Both the position numbers and the translations under genes were made by a program. Shown here in pieces: positions 50,801 through 63,800 of a DNA stretch of 64,000 bases. The notes under the pieces are model-generated. The model had not been told where the DNA came from. It saw only the letters and a program-made list of their open reading frames with translations, and made no database searches. This stretch comes from Zygnema circumcarinatum SAG 698-1b. Taxonomy: Eukaryota; Plantae; Zygnematophyceae. Location of the stretch: positions 124,001-188,000 of the forward strand of contig CM074808.1 of the NCBI GenBank assembly GCA_037447605.1, in the 5' to 3' direction. Each line of letters starts with the position of its first letter. Positions within the stretch are counted from its first letter, which is position 1.

Positions 50801-51290
50801 GCGCTTTGCTGACCTCCAGGCCCGCCCCGTCTGCTTCCCGGAAGCTTCTCACTGCTTGCTCTTGGCGGCAGAAAAATATCTGCATTTGTCTTTGCGCACA
50901 AATTTATTCTTTGTTTGGAAAAATTGCATTTAAAAAATAGTCGCTGCCCCTTGAAACTTGCTTGACGCTGTCTCCCCCAACGCCCCAAAAGGAAATAAAA
51001 CAAAAACATTATGATTTCACAAAATCATCACAAAAAAAAATTAACGAAAAAAATTGTATTTTTAATTTGGTTTACCATAGCCTTAAAAATCCTGCAACAT
51101 GACCGCTGAACCCTGAACCCTTACTTTTTAAGATGACAGGAAACCCTAACCACAAACCTAACCCTGAACGCGAACCCTAAAAAAATCTATGGGTGGCACA
51201 TACCCGCAGAAATGCACTGCTATTCTCCTTAGTCACGTAGCCATGGCGGTCGCAAGGCAGCGCAGCGCGAGCTCCAAGGGCGGCAGCCAT
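44868..51290 (-). CDS. YaaW/UPF0174-like conserved plant protein of unknown function, multi-exon (two expected segments not found)
   Basis: DDELYRVLDLATAEELRELSDILYG|SLLSPLVKSL...RLEARFLFLAADARATLR; GGQMVASKLEAHLAVLAARQ|GLTGAATRYVGLRSSMMLLGPL|LWGTFFADV...GTDYARVIRAIFAFAQ|IRLTRTY. The first two exons are tentative. Confidence 0.7.
45920..48552. repeat. ~2.6-kb compound telomere-related satellite: degenerate TTAGGG, (CTAGGG)n, (CTAGGAG)n, a 48-bp higher-order unit and ~115 x CCAGG
   Basis: Direct. The CCAGG block spans ~47525-48105. The 48-bp unit is confirmed by TTCA at 46917 and 46965. Confidence 0.95.
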
Positions 51291-51521
51291 GGTGCCCGCG
51301 TCCGAGGCCCAGGGTCCACGGTCGGAAACTTGGCGAGCAGCTCGGTTTGCGGTTTGTGGTTTGCAGCTTTTTTGCCTTTTCCGTCCCTCTCTCTATGTGT
51401 GCAGATAAATTATACCTTTGTTACGCGGCGATAACAGCACAGAAACGACGCGCACAGTTTAACGAACCAGCGTGGCAGTCAGACACACGGGTTAAAAAAA
51501 GAAAAAAAATAAAGAAAGTGC

Positions 51522-52018
51522 CTGCCCGCAAAAAATAGATGATTCTTTTCGGTCAGCCTTCCGTCAGTTTGGCACCGTCCGATTCGCATCTTGTGTTTTT
51601 TTAGCCGTACGGATCTCTGCCCGAACCAAAAAGGTTCCTCCTATCAAATTCTTGCATGAGAGCCGTCCGATCGTTCACCGTGGCGAATCGGACGGCGAGA
51701 AGTGCACGTCCGCAACTGCCCGCAAAAGTCATTTTTTTTGCTCTGAACCGCAAAACTTTGTTTTGCAATAGCTCAGAGTCGTCCGATCTATGCCCAGGAC
51801 GTATCGGACGGTTCAAAATTCATATTTCCAATCTGACCGTTAATTCTTTTCTCCATGTGTTCTGCCCGTTTACCAACCTCTTTTCGGCGGCAGACACTCC
51901 CTGACCCGCAAGTGCGCAAACGTTTCATGACACGATTTCAACGGTTCGATGGTCATCGGACGGCTCAAAAGGTACGACGTCATCTGCCCGAAAATTAGTC
52001 CCCTTTTTTCTCTGCCCG
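51522..52018 (+). promoter_or_regulatory. Six same-strand CTGCCCG motifs in the divergent YaaW-like/eIF4B intergenic region, plus a telo-box (TAGGGTTT) ~25 bp upstream of the eIF4B ATG
   Basis: CTGCCCG at 51522, 51617, 51716, 51862, 51984 and 52012. Function is inferred. Confidence 0.45.
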
Positions 52019-52122
52019 TTTCCGAACCTTCGTTCCATATTAACGAGGCGAAGCTGAAGATGTATGGTTCTTCTTCTTTGCGGCGAGAGCCGGGGTTTAG
52101 GGTTTAAGCAGCCTTCACCGCC

Positions 52123-54337
52123 ATGGCGGCCAAGGCATGGGGCGCGGGCGCCTGGGCGGCGGACGCGGAGGAGGAGGGCGAGCAGGAACTGCCAGAGATT
52201 CGTACGACTTATTCCGTACAGGCTAAGAAGGAGGAGGAGGCTTTCCCAACCCTAGGCGACGCCATGGCGAAATTACCGAAGAGCAAGAAGAAAGGCACAA
52301 CGCTCTCTCTTTCAGAGTTCACCACGGGGAAAAGCATCACTCCGTTTGGCCGGCGGGGGGGATCCAGCACCATCAAGGACGACGGAAAGCTGACCACGGA
52401 TGAGATGATGAAGCTGCCCAGGGGGCCGAGGGAGAGAGACGAGGCGGAGGAGGAAGGGGCGTTGGGGGGAGGGTTCAGGGGGTACGGAGGGTTCAGAGGC
52501 GGCGCGGGGGGAGGGTTTGGGGACAGGGAGGAGAGGGAGAGGGACTTCGACGGGCCTTCCCGGGCAGACGACGCCGACTGGGGTGCAGCCAAAAAGTTTG
52601 TTCCGTCTGCCCCGGGGGGCGCCAGGCGGGAGGATGAATGGCGCGGAGGCGGCGGCGGTGGCGGTGACCGCGACGGACCTTCCCGGGCAGACGAAGCGGA
52701 CAACTGGGGGGCAGCCAAAAAATTTGTGCCGTCTGCGGGGGGTTCTGGGGGAGGGGGGGGAGGTTTCGAGCGCCGTGGCGGCTCCGGATTCGACGATGAG
52801 AGGAGGGAGAGAGGGGGAGGGTTCGACGACGGCCCCTCCCGTGCAGACGAAGTGTCCAACTGGGGGGCAGCCAAGAAATTTGTTCCCTCTGCCCCCGGCG
52901 GCGCCGGAGGCGCAAGGGAGAGTTTTGGCGGGAGGGGCAGCGCTGGAGCAGATTCTGACCGGTGGGTGAGGGCGGACCTTCCCAGCCGGGAAGTCAGCCG
53001 AGCGGGGGAGCGGCCTCGCCTGGTCCTTCAAAAGCGCGCCCCTCCCGCGCCCGAAGCCTCGGGCAGCGCGGGCAACGAGCCGAAAGTTTCGGAGGGCGGG
53101 CTGTCGGTGAAGCCGGATCCCTTTGGAGGGGCGAAGCCAAGGGAGGAGGTTTCGGGTCTGGAAGTTTTGGTGAAGGAAGGGGGTTCAGGAGGGGGTTCAG
53201 GTCCGGGCAGCAGGGATTCCTCGCAGCCTCAAACTCCGGAGGGAGGGGAAGCGGCGGCTCAGGCGAGGAGGAGAGCTCTGAACCCTTTCGGTGACGCTAA
53301 ACCCCGGGAGGTTCTCTTGGAAGAGAAGGGAAAAGACTGGAAGAAGATGGATATGGATCTGGAGCATCGAGCTATCGCGCGGTGCGTAGTAGAGCCTCTC
53401 CATTTTCCTCTTCCCCTCCCTCTCTCCATTTCCCCCTCCCCCCCTTCCCCCTTCCCCTCCCTCTCTTCATCTCCCTCTCCTCCTCCCCCTCCCCCTGCCC
53501 CTCCCCCTCNNNNNNNNNNCCCCTCCCTTTTCCTGAAGATTTGTGGGCGAAGAATCGTTTTGGGGGTTTTGCTTTGTTTGAGGTTCGTTTTGGGAGGCTG
53601 CCCTGTGGGGATCGCCGGGCAGTTTTTGAACGATCTGATCTGCTTCCTTCTTTTCTCAAATTTGCTCCCCCTCCCCTCTTTCCATTTTTCTTTTTCGCGA
53701 AGCGTGGTCCTATCAGCATCATCTAATGTCAATTGATTTAATCTTACTCGGGAAAAGCTAATATGAAAATTAAAACCTATGAAGTTCAAATGAACACTTT
53801 TGAGTGCCGCATAGAATGTTTTTTTAAAAAAAGGTTTTCTTTCGACCCTTGACTTGTTGCTTCAGGCCGGAAACAGAGGAGGAGAAGAAGTTGAAAGAAG
53901 AGATTGAGGTGCTGAAGGCTCGGATAGAAGGGGGCGGTAGGAGCGGGGTCACCGCTGAGGGAGAGGGGGAGAAGGGGAAGGAAGCGCTTGAGGGAGAGGG
54001 AGCGAAGGGAGTGGACGGAGAGGAGGGAGAGGAGAGAGAGGAGGGAGAGAAGGAGGGAGTGCTAGAAGGAGATATGGGGGAGCAGCTGAAGGCCTTAGAG
54101 GCGCAGCTGGCGAAGCTGACGCACGACCTCGATGATAAAGTCAGATTTGCGCAGAAGACTGAATTTGGCAGGAGAGAGAGTCTATTTGGTGGAGGTGAGA
54201 GAGAGAGGGGCGTGGGAGTGGGAGTGGGGAGATTCGGGGAGGTGAGGTCCGAGCGATTTGCAGATCGGGATAGGGACAGGGTGGAGCGGGGGGGACGGTA
54301 CGAAGATGTGCGGGGAGGGAGGGGGGATAGGTGGTAG
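52123..54337 (+). CDS. eIF4B: Plant-type eukaryotic translation initiation factor 4B (exons 52123-53381 and 53866-54337)
   Basis: KAWGAGAWAADAE, AFPTLGDA, LSLSEF, LTTDEMMKLPRGPRER, three DGPSRAD..NWGAAKKF-type repeats, NPFGDAKPREVLLEEKGKDW, R|PETEEEKKLKEEI. Confidence 0.95.
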
Positions 54338-55726
54338 GGAGGTAGTAGTGGGACTCGCTTCTTTCTCTCTCTCGCTCTCGCGCACTTTGTGTAAGCTCGC
54401 GCTTGCAGTGCGCTGTGGAGGATGAGTAATTCGGGTGCCTTTCTTGCGGGGGAAGCCGGAAGTGGGAGAGATAAGAATGGGGGAGCTGGAGGGTGGGTGA
54501 GAGCGCCCTGTCTCTCTCCGTCAACCTTTAGGAATTAGGAACTGATTGATTTGGCGTGTGGTGAGGAGGGAATGGGGGGACGAAATGAAGAGGTATGCAT
54601 TCAAGATGTAAATGCGTATCTCATCTGTGGTTGGTAATGAGAGCGGGAGAGGGAGGGGGGGGGGGGGGGGGGGGGGGGAAATGAGAAGGAGAGTTCAAGA
54701 GTCCCGACTTATTTAGGCAGCACAGGTGATGCATAGTGGAAAGTGAAGATCAATTTTTGCGCAGTAGTGATTTCGATTTCGAATTCGAATTTAAACAAAA
54801 GAGGAGCGGAAGGTTGCGCCCACCAAGCAGCAGCCTTTTTGAGCCGGATTTCCAGTTAATAGGACGAGAACGCATTGCAGCTCGAATGGGTTGACCTTGA
54901 CTTTTGAAGCTGACTTTAGCCAGTTAACTGTTGGGGTTAACCTTGAGTTGCCTTCTTTAAATCTTCGCAAGAGGCGGTATACAGGCAAAGGGGTCTCAGC
55001 AGAGGAGTCTTCAGCTCTAGGGTTCAGGAGCTCTAGATTGTTGCATGAAAAGGCGACCCCTGTGTCCTAACTTGCGTAGATCTGCGCCAGTTGTACAGAA
55101 CGGCAAATGGAAGTCACAATTGTGGTTTCCATGCGTGCTGGTCTTCTACACATGCCCTGGGTGGGTGCAAACCGGGCCCCTAAGTTTGTCATTTGTTTGT
55201 ACCCCTGCCCATCCTCCATCAACAAGCTGCATTTTCGCAGTCCGTTCGGTATGGAAGTGTGATAAAAATGGATGGCTGCATGGGGTTCTAAGTGCTGATG
55301 TTCTTGTCGTGTCACTATTCTCATCCGGTTCCCTTTGTTGGGTGTCCAGTGCCAGCGCTTCATGTCTTCCCTCTTGTTCTGTATGCTGTTCTTGTGTTTT
55401 GTATCGTTGTGGTCTTCCCTTGTTGCATACATTTCTGAGCAGGGACTTTTCTTTGTTTGCAAGTAGATCTGTAGAGAACTATATTTCCAATGGGTTAAAG
55501 GCGTGGCATGCGGCTGCCAGATGGTGCGGACCAGCAGGCCTCCCAGCCGGCGTCAAGTGGGTTACCTTATGCTGATGGTGCAAAAATTTAAATAGAAACT
55601 TGAGTAAAGCTGGCTTTTCAACTCTGGAAAGAAATTGGAGGTCGATTTTTGAAACATGAAACGTACACGTAGGATGTAAGATCTACGATTAAGACGCATT
55701 CTTATTGCGATAGCCTGAAAGGACAT

Positions 55727-58700
55727 TCAAAGCGGATCGCTGGTTTCGTGGGTATATCCTGCAGCTCTCCCTCTCTTACCCTGCATAGCCTTCAGTGCAG
55801 GCGCAACAGCTGCCTCTCCCGCTCCCCTCCCTCCCTCTCCTGCCAGATGGGGGGGGGCCTGCAGGCCCTGGAAAAGTCGTCGATGCTGCAAATACTCTGT
55901 CCCTGATTTGACTTCAAAGACTTGAGTTGACCGGTGTTGACCGGAGTTGAGCAGGCTAGAATCGGAATTCGCTGTCAGAGCCCCTCCATGGCCGCTTGGG
56001 ACGAGAAGAGAACCTGCCAATGTATCCGCTGCTGCAGCATGGCAGGAGGGAGGGAAGGGCAGCGAGAGAGAGAGACAGAGAGAGAGGGAGAGAGGAGGGG
56101 CTAGATGTTGAGCGAGTGTAATGTGACGTGAGAATACGAAGACTGAGTGAGCGGAGGAGAGAGATTTCACCTGTGTGTTTACGCTGCTGTCCGTTGCTCA
56201 CATATCCTCCTTTAATGAGTGAGAACCGAACACCCTCCTCCTCTTCTTCCTCCTCCACCTCTCTCACACTGCTACCTTCAGACTGCAGCGCCGGCTCCAA
56301 CCCGAGGCGGTACTCTCCCGTCCACTCCCTACCCCTGTTGACCAGCGCACAGAGATTCTTTAGGATACTTGGAGTTCAGTTTTGTCACAGTACTTCCGGC
56401 CCTTTAAGGCTTTTAGGGTATTGGAGGATTCTAGGATGTTAAGGCTTGTGAGGGTCTGGGAATTAAAGGGGGTTTAAAATTGTAGGCTTCTGGGCTGTCA
56501 TAGGGATCTCGTGACTGACTGACGTGATTTTCAAGGTTTTTAGGGTTCGAGTTCCAAGGCTGTCAGGCTTTCAAAGTTTTTAGGGTTTCAGGTTGTTACG
56601 ATCTTTAGGGTGCTAAGGGTTCCTAGTGTTTTACGGGTCTCAGGCGTTTAGGGTTTTTAGGGCTTTGAAATACACCTTTGGAAGGCGAGTGCTGCCTCAA
56701 AGGGGGTGATGACCGGCGCCAAAAAGTCCCTCGCGTCGAGCAGCGCCGCCTGACTGCACGCCGCGAGCACAAAGACCTCGCACTGCAGCCGGACCCTCCC
56801 TCTAGGGGTTCAGAAGAGTACAGTTCAGGATTTAGGTCTTACGGTGTAGGGCTTAAGAGGGTTTAGGGTTAGGATAAGTTTGCAAGGGTGCCACTTTCCT
56901 CCCCCCTCACCCCCGCCTTCCCCGTCCCGCCATCCCACCCCTCTCCCTCCCCCTCTCCCTTCTCCCCTCCCTCCCCCCCTCCTTCCTCTCTCTCTCTCCC
57001 ACCCTCTCTTCCCCCACCCCTTCTCGCTCTATTCTCTTTTCTCCCTGCCCCCTTCTCCCCTTGCCCCTTCAAGGCGCCCCCACTCCCTCCCCCTCCCTCC
57101 CTCCTCCCTCTTATCTCTCCCTCCCTCCCTCTCTATTATCTCTCCCTCCCTCCTCCCTCCCTCCCCACCCCTAGGAAAGTTGGCCAGCTTGGCCGGCGTG
57201 GGCCTGCCCATGGTAAACAGGTACGGCCTCTTCCCCGCCGCCTTCACCATATCTCGCAGCCTCTCCATGGCCCGCCGGCAGCCCGCTGGATGAAGGGGGG
57301 GGGGGGGGGGGGTTAGGGCTTAGGGTTTAAGGGGAAAGTAGGGTTCAAGGGCGTTTCAGGGTTCAAGAGGGTTTAGAAGGGATCAAGGGGGTTTAGGGTT
57401 TTAGGGGGGGAGAAGGGGAAAATAAAGTATAGAAGCATTTCAAAGAGTTTTAGGGTTTAGGAGGGTTTTGAAGGGTTTAAGGTTCTAAAGATGAAGGTTT
57501 GGACTTGCAGTTTGGGTTTGCTAAAGTAGTCAGGGTTACAAGGATTACCGAAATCTCAGGTCTTTAGGGTTAAGGGGCTCCGAAAATAGCAGACTTCCTA
57601 GCCTATAGGGTTTAGGGTTTTAGGTCGAACCTGCCGAGGGAGCGCCCGCCACAATGCCGACAATGGAAGCATCCTTCGCACGTTCTACCAAATAATATCT
57701 GCCTCATGCGAAAAAAAAATGAAACAAAGACATACAAAAAATGGGTGTTGAATACGGTTCATTTTACTCTTTGAAGGGTATTAGCAGCGCTGCAGTTGAT
57801 TTTGTTTGACCCTGAACCCTTTCTAAGAGATTCCAGCCTCCAGGCTTTTCGAGTTTTTGGGGTTTTGGCAGTTTCAGGGTTTCTCACCGCCGTTTCAAAA
57901 AGGAGTTTTGGGAGGCCATGTCGGAATGCAGCTGCCGGCGGGCGGGGTCGTACCGTAGCCACTGCAGCCAGGGCGGGAGGGCGTAGGGTTAATAGAGGGG
58001 AGAGGGAGAGGGAGAGGGAGAGGGAGAGGGAGAGGNNNNNNNNNNGGAGAGGGAGAGGGAGAGGGAGAGGGAGAGAGAGAGGGAGAGGGAGAGGGAGATG
58101 GAGAGGGAAAGGGAGGCAGAGGGAGGGAGAAATGGGGAGGCGGGGCAAGGTGACAGGGTGGAGGTGGAGAGAGGAAGGAGGGGGAAGGGCAAGGCGGAGA
58201 GGAGGGGGAGAAGACAGGAGAGCGAGAGAGGGAGAACAGCAGAGGGAAAAAGCCGGAAGGAAGAGAAAAGACGGAGGAAGGAAGGGAGGGAGGGAGGGAG
58301 GGAGGGAGGGCGGGAGAGAGGGAGGGAGGGAGGGAGGGAGAGAGGGAGGGAGGGAGAGCCTTAATGAGAAGCACCGAAGAACAGGCAGAAAACTGTTACC
58401 TTGCGGGTATTATAAGTTAGCATCAGAGTGGTGAGAGCGGGTCCTTCGTCTCCTATCCAAACAAAGGTAGTGCTCACACCACTACTACCACTACCACTCT
58501 CCCCTCCCTCTTCCTCCGGCAGCTCCCACCTCAGCCCTCCCACACCCTCCTCTGTTGCACCGCCTCCTCCCTCGCAGCCCTCTGCAGAAACCTGCCCTCC
58601 TTCCATCTCTCTGTTCTCCAATGCTACCGTTGCTACCGCCACTCTCCCGCTCCTCTCCTTCTCCCTCACCTCCTCCTCTCCCACCCCTCCCATTGCTGAA

Positions 58701-60356
58701 AGCAACAATTCCTTTATCTCTCCCATTTTGTATGCGTAAGTTAGCTCATATAAAACCTGCAACAAAGTGGGCCCTGGCCTCCCAGTGTGAAGATCAGACA
58801 CATATTTAGGGTTTCTCTTAAAAAGACGAAATTGGGAAATGTAGGGATTTAATGGTTCTGTTATGGCTTTTAGTTGTTAGGCATCCAGAACTTGATAAAT
58901 TTAGGGTCTTCGCATTTTATAGTTTTTGGCGTTTGCAGAGGTCGAGTGACATCAGTGGTTTCAAAAAAATGGAGGTCTGAGGGCTTTTTTGGGTTTTCAG
59001 GATCACCGAATCTTAGAGCTTTATCAGACTCACAAGGATCGGCGCCTCCGTGCTGGCCAACAGTTGGTTCAACTGATTTCCGCAATCTGCCGTGTCTATG
59101 TCCGCCCGCCCCAACACAAAGCGTGCCGGCAGCCGAGACGTCCTACACCGCCTCCCAAAATGAAACGAAATAAGCAAATATAAAAAATAAATCTTAAACC
59201 CGAAAAGAAAAAATGCAAAATCCTGCACTTGCTAACCATCCCAAAAGCCCTAAAAACCCTAAATTTGGTCGATACCCTGACGAGTCACGTTGCGTCACGT
59301 CACGCACCGGGTGAAGCAGGCGGGTCCGTAGTGGATAACGCAGTCGGCGTTCACATGTGCCGCCGCCACCTCGTCCACGCAGCAGCTCGCATATGTGCTG
59401 TCCGCCATCACATAGAACATCACCCCTTCCGTTTCCGTTTCCGTTTCCATTTCCGTTCCTGTCGCTGTCTCCGTTCCAGTTTCAGTACCCGTTCCAGGTC
59501 CCTCCCTCTCCCTTCCCATCCCCGCTGCTTCCGGGAAGCTTCCTCCTGCCCTAAAGTCATCGGACTCCCCATGGCAGGCTCTACAGACAGCGCCTCCTCC
59601 CGCCCCGCAGGTCGCATCTGAGCCGCCCCCGCAGGGGGTACCTGGGGGAGGGCTTATCTGGCAAAACCCTGAACCTGATTCTGCCACGTGTCGTTGACTG
59701 ACGAGGCGTTGACTCAGCGCGTGTGCCACGTGGGCAGAATCCACAAGCAGGCCGTCGGGAAACTGCTCTGCACCCGGAGGCTCTCATGGTCAATGTTGCT
59801 TTCGGGTTGTAGGGTTTCGGGGTTTAGGGTTTAAGGGGTTTAGGGGTTTAGGGTTCTAGGGGTTTAGGGTTTTAAGGGTTTGAGTGTTGAAGGTTTAGGG
59901 GTTTAGGGGTTTAGGGTTTATAGCTGTTAGGATATTCGGGGTTTGAAGGGCTACTTCAGGGGCGTCAGGGTTTTGTGGCTTAAAGGTTCAGGGTTTTATA
60001 ATTGATTTTACGGGTTTTATAGGTTTGAAATCAAGGATTTCTGAGCTTTAAGGCTTTCAGTATAGGGATTTGATTGGAGACTCAGACAAAGGGGTCCTAG
60101 GATTCCACGGGTTTAAGGCATTAGGCTTATCCCTTTAGGAAATTTTAAAAGCGACTTTATATAAGAAAAAAAAAAATCGTCGAACTACTAGCCTCCGGAC
60201 CCTGTTTCTTCTCTCTCTCTCTCCCCCTCTCCCTCTCCTTCCTCCAGTAGTAGGGTGTACGGAAGGGTCCACCTGCAGCGCCACACGTGTGAATCCATGG
60301 CGACGGATGTAAGCGACGGTCTCCTCCACCTCAAACCTCTCGAAAAAGCTCGCCAT
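55727..60356 (-). CDS. DPH2: Diphthamide biosynthesis protein 2
   Basis: VALQ|FPDGLL...[29 protein letters not shown]; FLKRR|[15 protein letters not shown]; [22 protein letters not shown]; CEVFVLAAC...PVITPFEA; [12 protein letters not shown]...GRAAGY. The alternative in-frame ATG is at 60365. Confidence 0.92.
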
Positions 60357-60853
60357 GGAGTTCATCGAATGCCCTAAACCCGAAAAGCCTTAAACCCTAA
60401 ACCGGCGGTGCACTGCAAAACCCTCCCTGTAATCTGAACCCTGCACCCTGCACCCGCGGCATTGACTTTCCTTTCTAATTTAACTTAGTAGACAGTCCGT
60501 ACTAAAGTACCATTCGTGCCGTACAGTACCGTACATTAGTACCAACACCAATCCGATACACCGGTGGCGATACACGGTATTATACCTTCTTGTTTCGTTG
60601 AAGACGATGAATCGTAATACGATACAAAAATACGTATCGACAGGGGAATATCGAACTCGATGCAGGNNNNNNNNNNGGCCCCCCCCCCCCCCCCCAAAGC
60701 AAAAACCCTGCGCGTCGCTTCCAGCGGCCTCTATCAAGCGGCCGCCGCTCTGAACCCTGCGGTCTGTTCGCGCCGTGAACCCTGCCGCTGATCGGACGGT
60801 CGCCGCGTCTTTGCGCTTCCCTGAACCCTTGCAGCCGCTGAGCGCCGCCGCCA

Positions 60854-63800
60854 TGCAGAAGAGCAAAGGCGAGAGCGCAGGTCAGCTTGGCACTTGACTG
60901 AAATTTGATATTTTTTTAGGGTTTTGGTCGTCGTAGAACTTCATTATCACGGATGCTTGCTTTAATCACTCACAATTTTATATCTTTCCTTAATTTTTTT
61001 TTTTTTTTACACCAAATCATGCCACGGCTGCCTCCCCCTCTTCCCCCCCCCCCCGCCCCATCCCCAGCCCTATTTGCTTTTGGGGATCGCCAGCAAGTGC
61101 TGCAAATTGCCTTGGAAGATTTATCAATAATTAATTTCATTAAATTATTTTGAATGTTTTCGTTGATCATTAGTATAAAGCTTTTCCTCCGCGTTGGTTT
61201 TGGAAAGCAGAAACATGAGCAAATTGTGGGGGTTGTCAGGCTGTGAGCAGGGCAGAGAGGAGGGAGAGAGAGGGGCGGGGGACGGGAGTGCGAGTGGGAG
61301 GGAATGGGAGGAGGGAGAGGAGGTGAGGTTAGGGACTTGTAGAGGGAGGGAGGGAGAGAGGTAGAGGGAGGGAGGGAGAGAGGTAGAGGGAGGGAGGAGA
61401 AGCGCGGAAGCTAATAGTATTCCTAAAATACAATATAGCATGTCCCAAGGCTCATGTGTGCTAAGACTTCGCTCTATTTGAAGCGAAATTGAAATGGAAT
61501 TGTGAAATTCCTTAAAACTGAGAGTCAGAGTGCAGTGGCCGAACTAAACGGAACTGAACGGAGCGGAGTGGCGTGCATGTGCAGGCCCTGCCCCGGTTTT
61601 GTCGTTTGCGCAGGCGGCTGCGACAGAGGAGACAGTCGTCCCTCTCCGTACCGTTCAGATCGATGGCTCGGTACGTCACGTCACGTGTGTACGGACAGAA
61701 GGGGTTTTAGGGGTTTGCAGAATGCTTCGGAGATTTTGAGGTTTTAGAGTTCTTGAGAGAGCTTTGAAATTTTGTTGATAAATTCTCTGATTTTTTGTTG
61801 GGGGGGGGGGGGGGGGGGGGGNNNNNNNNNNGGGGGATTCATTATTTCTGTTCGGGGTTTTTTAGTGTCATTGTCACGGTTGAATTTCTAGGGTACCGAG
61901 TTAAGACTTAGTGTTAGGGTTTTAGTATCAGGGTTTAGGGCGTACGGTCATATAATGTCAGGGTTTGAGGTCTCCAGTGTCAGGGTTCAGGGTGCAGGGT
62001 ACACAGTTTCGGGTCCCAATATGAGGGTTTAGGATTTCAGTTTTAGGGTTTAGGGTTTTGGACGCGCAGGTGATTCTGAAGATGGTGAAGCACTGCAAGG
62101 AGTGCATGCCGCAGCTCGTGACGGGCCTTCTGCTCGGCCTCGACATCGGGAGCACTCTGGAAGTCACCGCCAGCTTCCCCTTCCCGGTACTGACTGCTCA
62201 ACACTGGGATTTTAGGGTTAGGTCTAGGGTTTAGGGTTTGGAAATGTCCGGGATTAGCAGGGTATTGACAGTTATTAGCAGACACATTATGTTAGAGAGA
62301 TTTGTATAATCCTTAAACTCCTTAAAGCTTAATGCATTCGGAAACTCTGTAAACCCTTTTGCGTACGTGGAAACCTCAACCTCTAAAACCCTCAACGCAC
62401 TTAATTCCCTGAAACCTAAACCTTAGACTCCTCAACCCTAGGATCGCTATTTGAACGCCCAAGAAAAAGGGAACTCCTGAATTTTTTGTTCTCCTGAAAA
62501 CCTCCTAACCCTACAATACTCTACATCCCGAAAAGAAGCTTAGTGCAAGCTTGAACCCATTAGCAATGCTTAAACCCTAAACCTCTGAAACTCTAAAAAA
62601 TGTGTGTGTGCCTGCGTGTGAGCACCAGAGCCGCGGAGGAGAGGAGGAGGAGGAGGAGGCGGATGGGGCCCTTTATCAATTGGAAATGATGCGCTGTCTG
62701 CGGGAGGTCAACATTGACAACAACACCGTTGGCTGGTCCGTTCAGTTTCCGTTACCGTTACTGTTACTGTTACTGTTAAATTTGCCTCTTCCGTTGATGT
62801 TTCTGTCCCTGTCATGGCTCCTGTATTAAGATTCTGTTTCTGCGTTGTCTGAACCTTTTCCGCATCTCGTGTTTCCGCGTGGAAGAAGTTGAAGAAAGCA
62901 TTTACGGAGTGGGTTGGGGGTGCGGGGGGAGCAGGTATCAATCGACGTATATGGGCAGTTATCAAACACTGGACCTGATCGACACTTTCTTGAATTACCA
63001 GGTACAGGCAATGGACGAGCAAGAGGGTTAGGAGGGTAATGGGGGTTCGGGTTAGGAAAGCTTAGGGTGAAGTTAGGATTAGGGCTAGGACTAAAATTAG
63101 GGTTATGGTTAGGTTTAAGACTAGAAATATGGTTAGAGTTGGGATTAGGGCCAGGGTTAGGGTCAAAGTTTAGGGCTAGAGTTAGGTTTAAGCTTAGGGG
63201 TAAAACTAGGGTCAGGCTATGGGTTAGGGAGGGGTAAGGGCTCAATTAGAGTTAGGGTTACGGTTATGGTTAGCCTTAGAACTAGGTTAAGGAGTAGGTT
63301 TAGAGCTATGGTTAGCATTATTACCGCGTTTAAGGTTACCGCTGGTGCTAGGGTTAAGGGTAGGGTTAAGGTTAGGGTTGGGTAAGGTTTGAGTTAGGGT
63401 TAGGGTTAGGGTTAGGGTTAGGGTTAGGGTTAGGGTTAGGGTTANNNNNNNNNNGTTAGGGTTAGGGTTAGGGTTAGGGTTAGGGTTAGGGTTAGGGCTA
63501 GGGTTAGGGTTAGGGCTAGGGTTAGGGTTAGGGTTAAGTTTAGGGCTAGCGTTATGGTTAAGGTTAGGGTTCGGGTTAAGACTGGGTTAGGGTTTCCGAT
63601 TGTGCATTCGTGAAGCTGTGCAGGAGAACATCAAGCGGTGCGTGTGCATCATCTACGACCCCCTCCGGTCGGGGCAGGGCACGCTCGCGCTGAGGGCGCT
63701 GCGGCTCAAAGAGGGCTTCATGGAACACTACCGCGCGAACACCTTCGTCAGCGAACAGTGCGGGCCCGCTCTCCTTGGCACTCTCTATGTCTGGTTTCAG

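Noticed and set aside
57165-57180. Phase conflict at a DPH2 donor (NFP-AGG-G|GT is phase 1, while the next exon CEVF starts in phase 0)
   Set aside because: One G fewer in the G run restores the phase. This is most likely a homopolymer error rather than pseudogenisation; RNA-seq would settle it.
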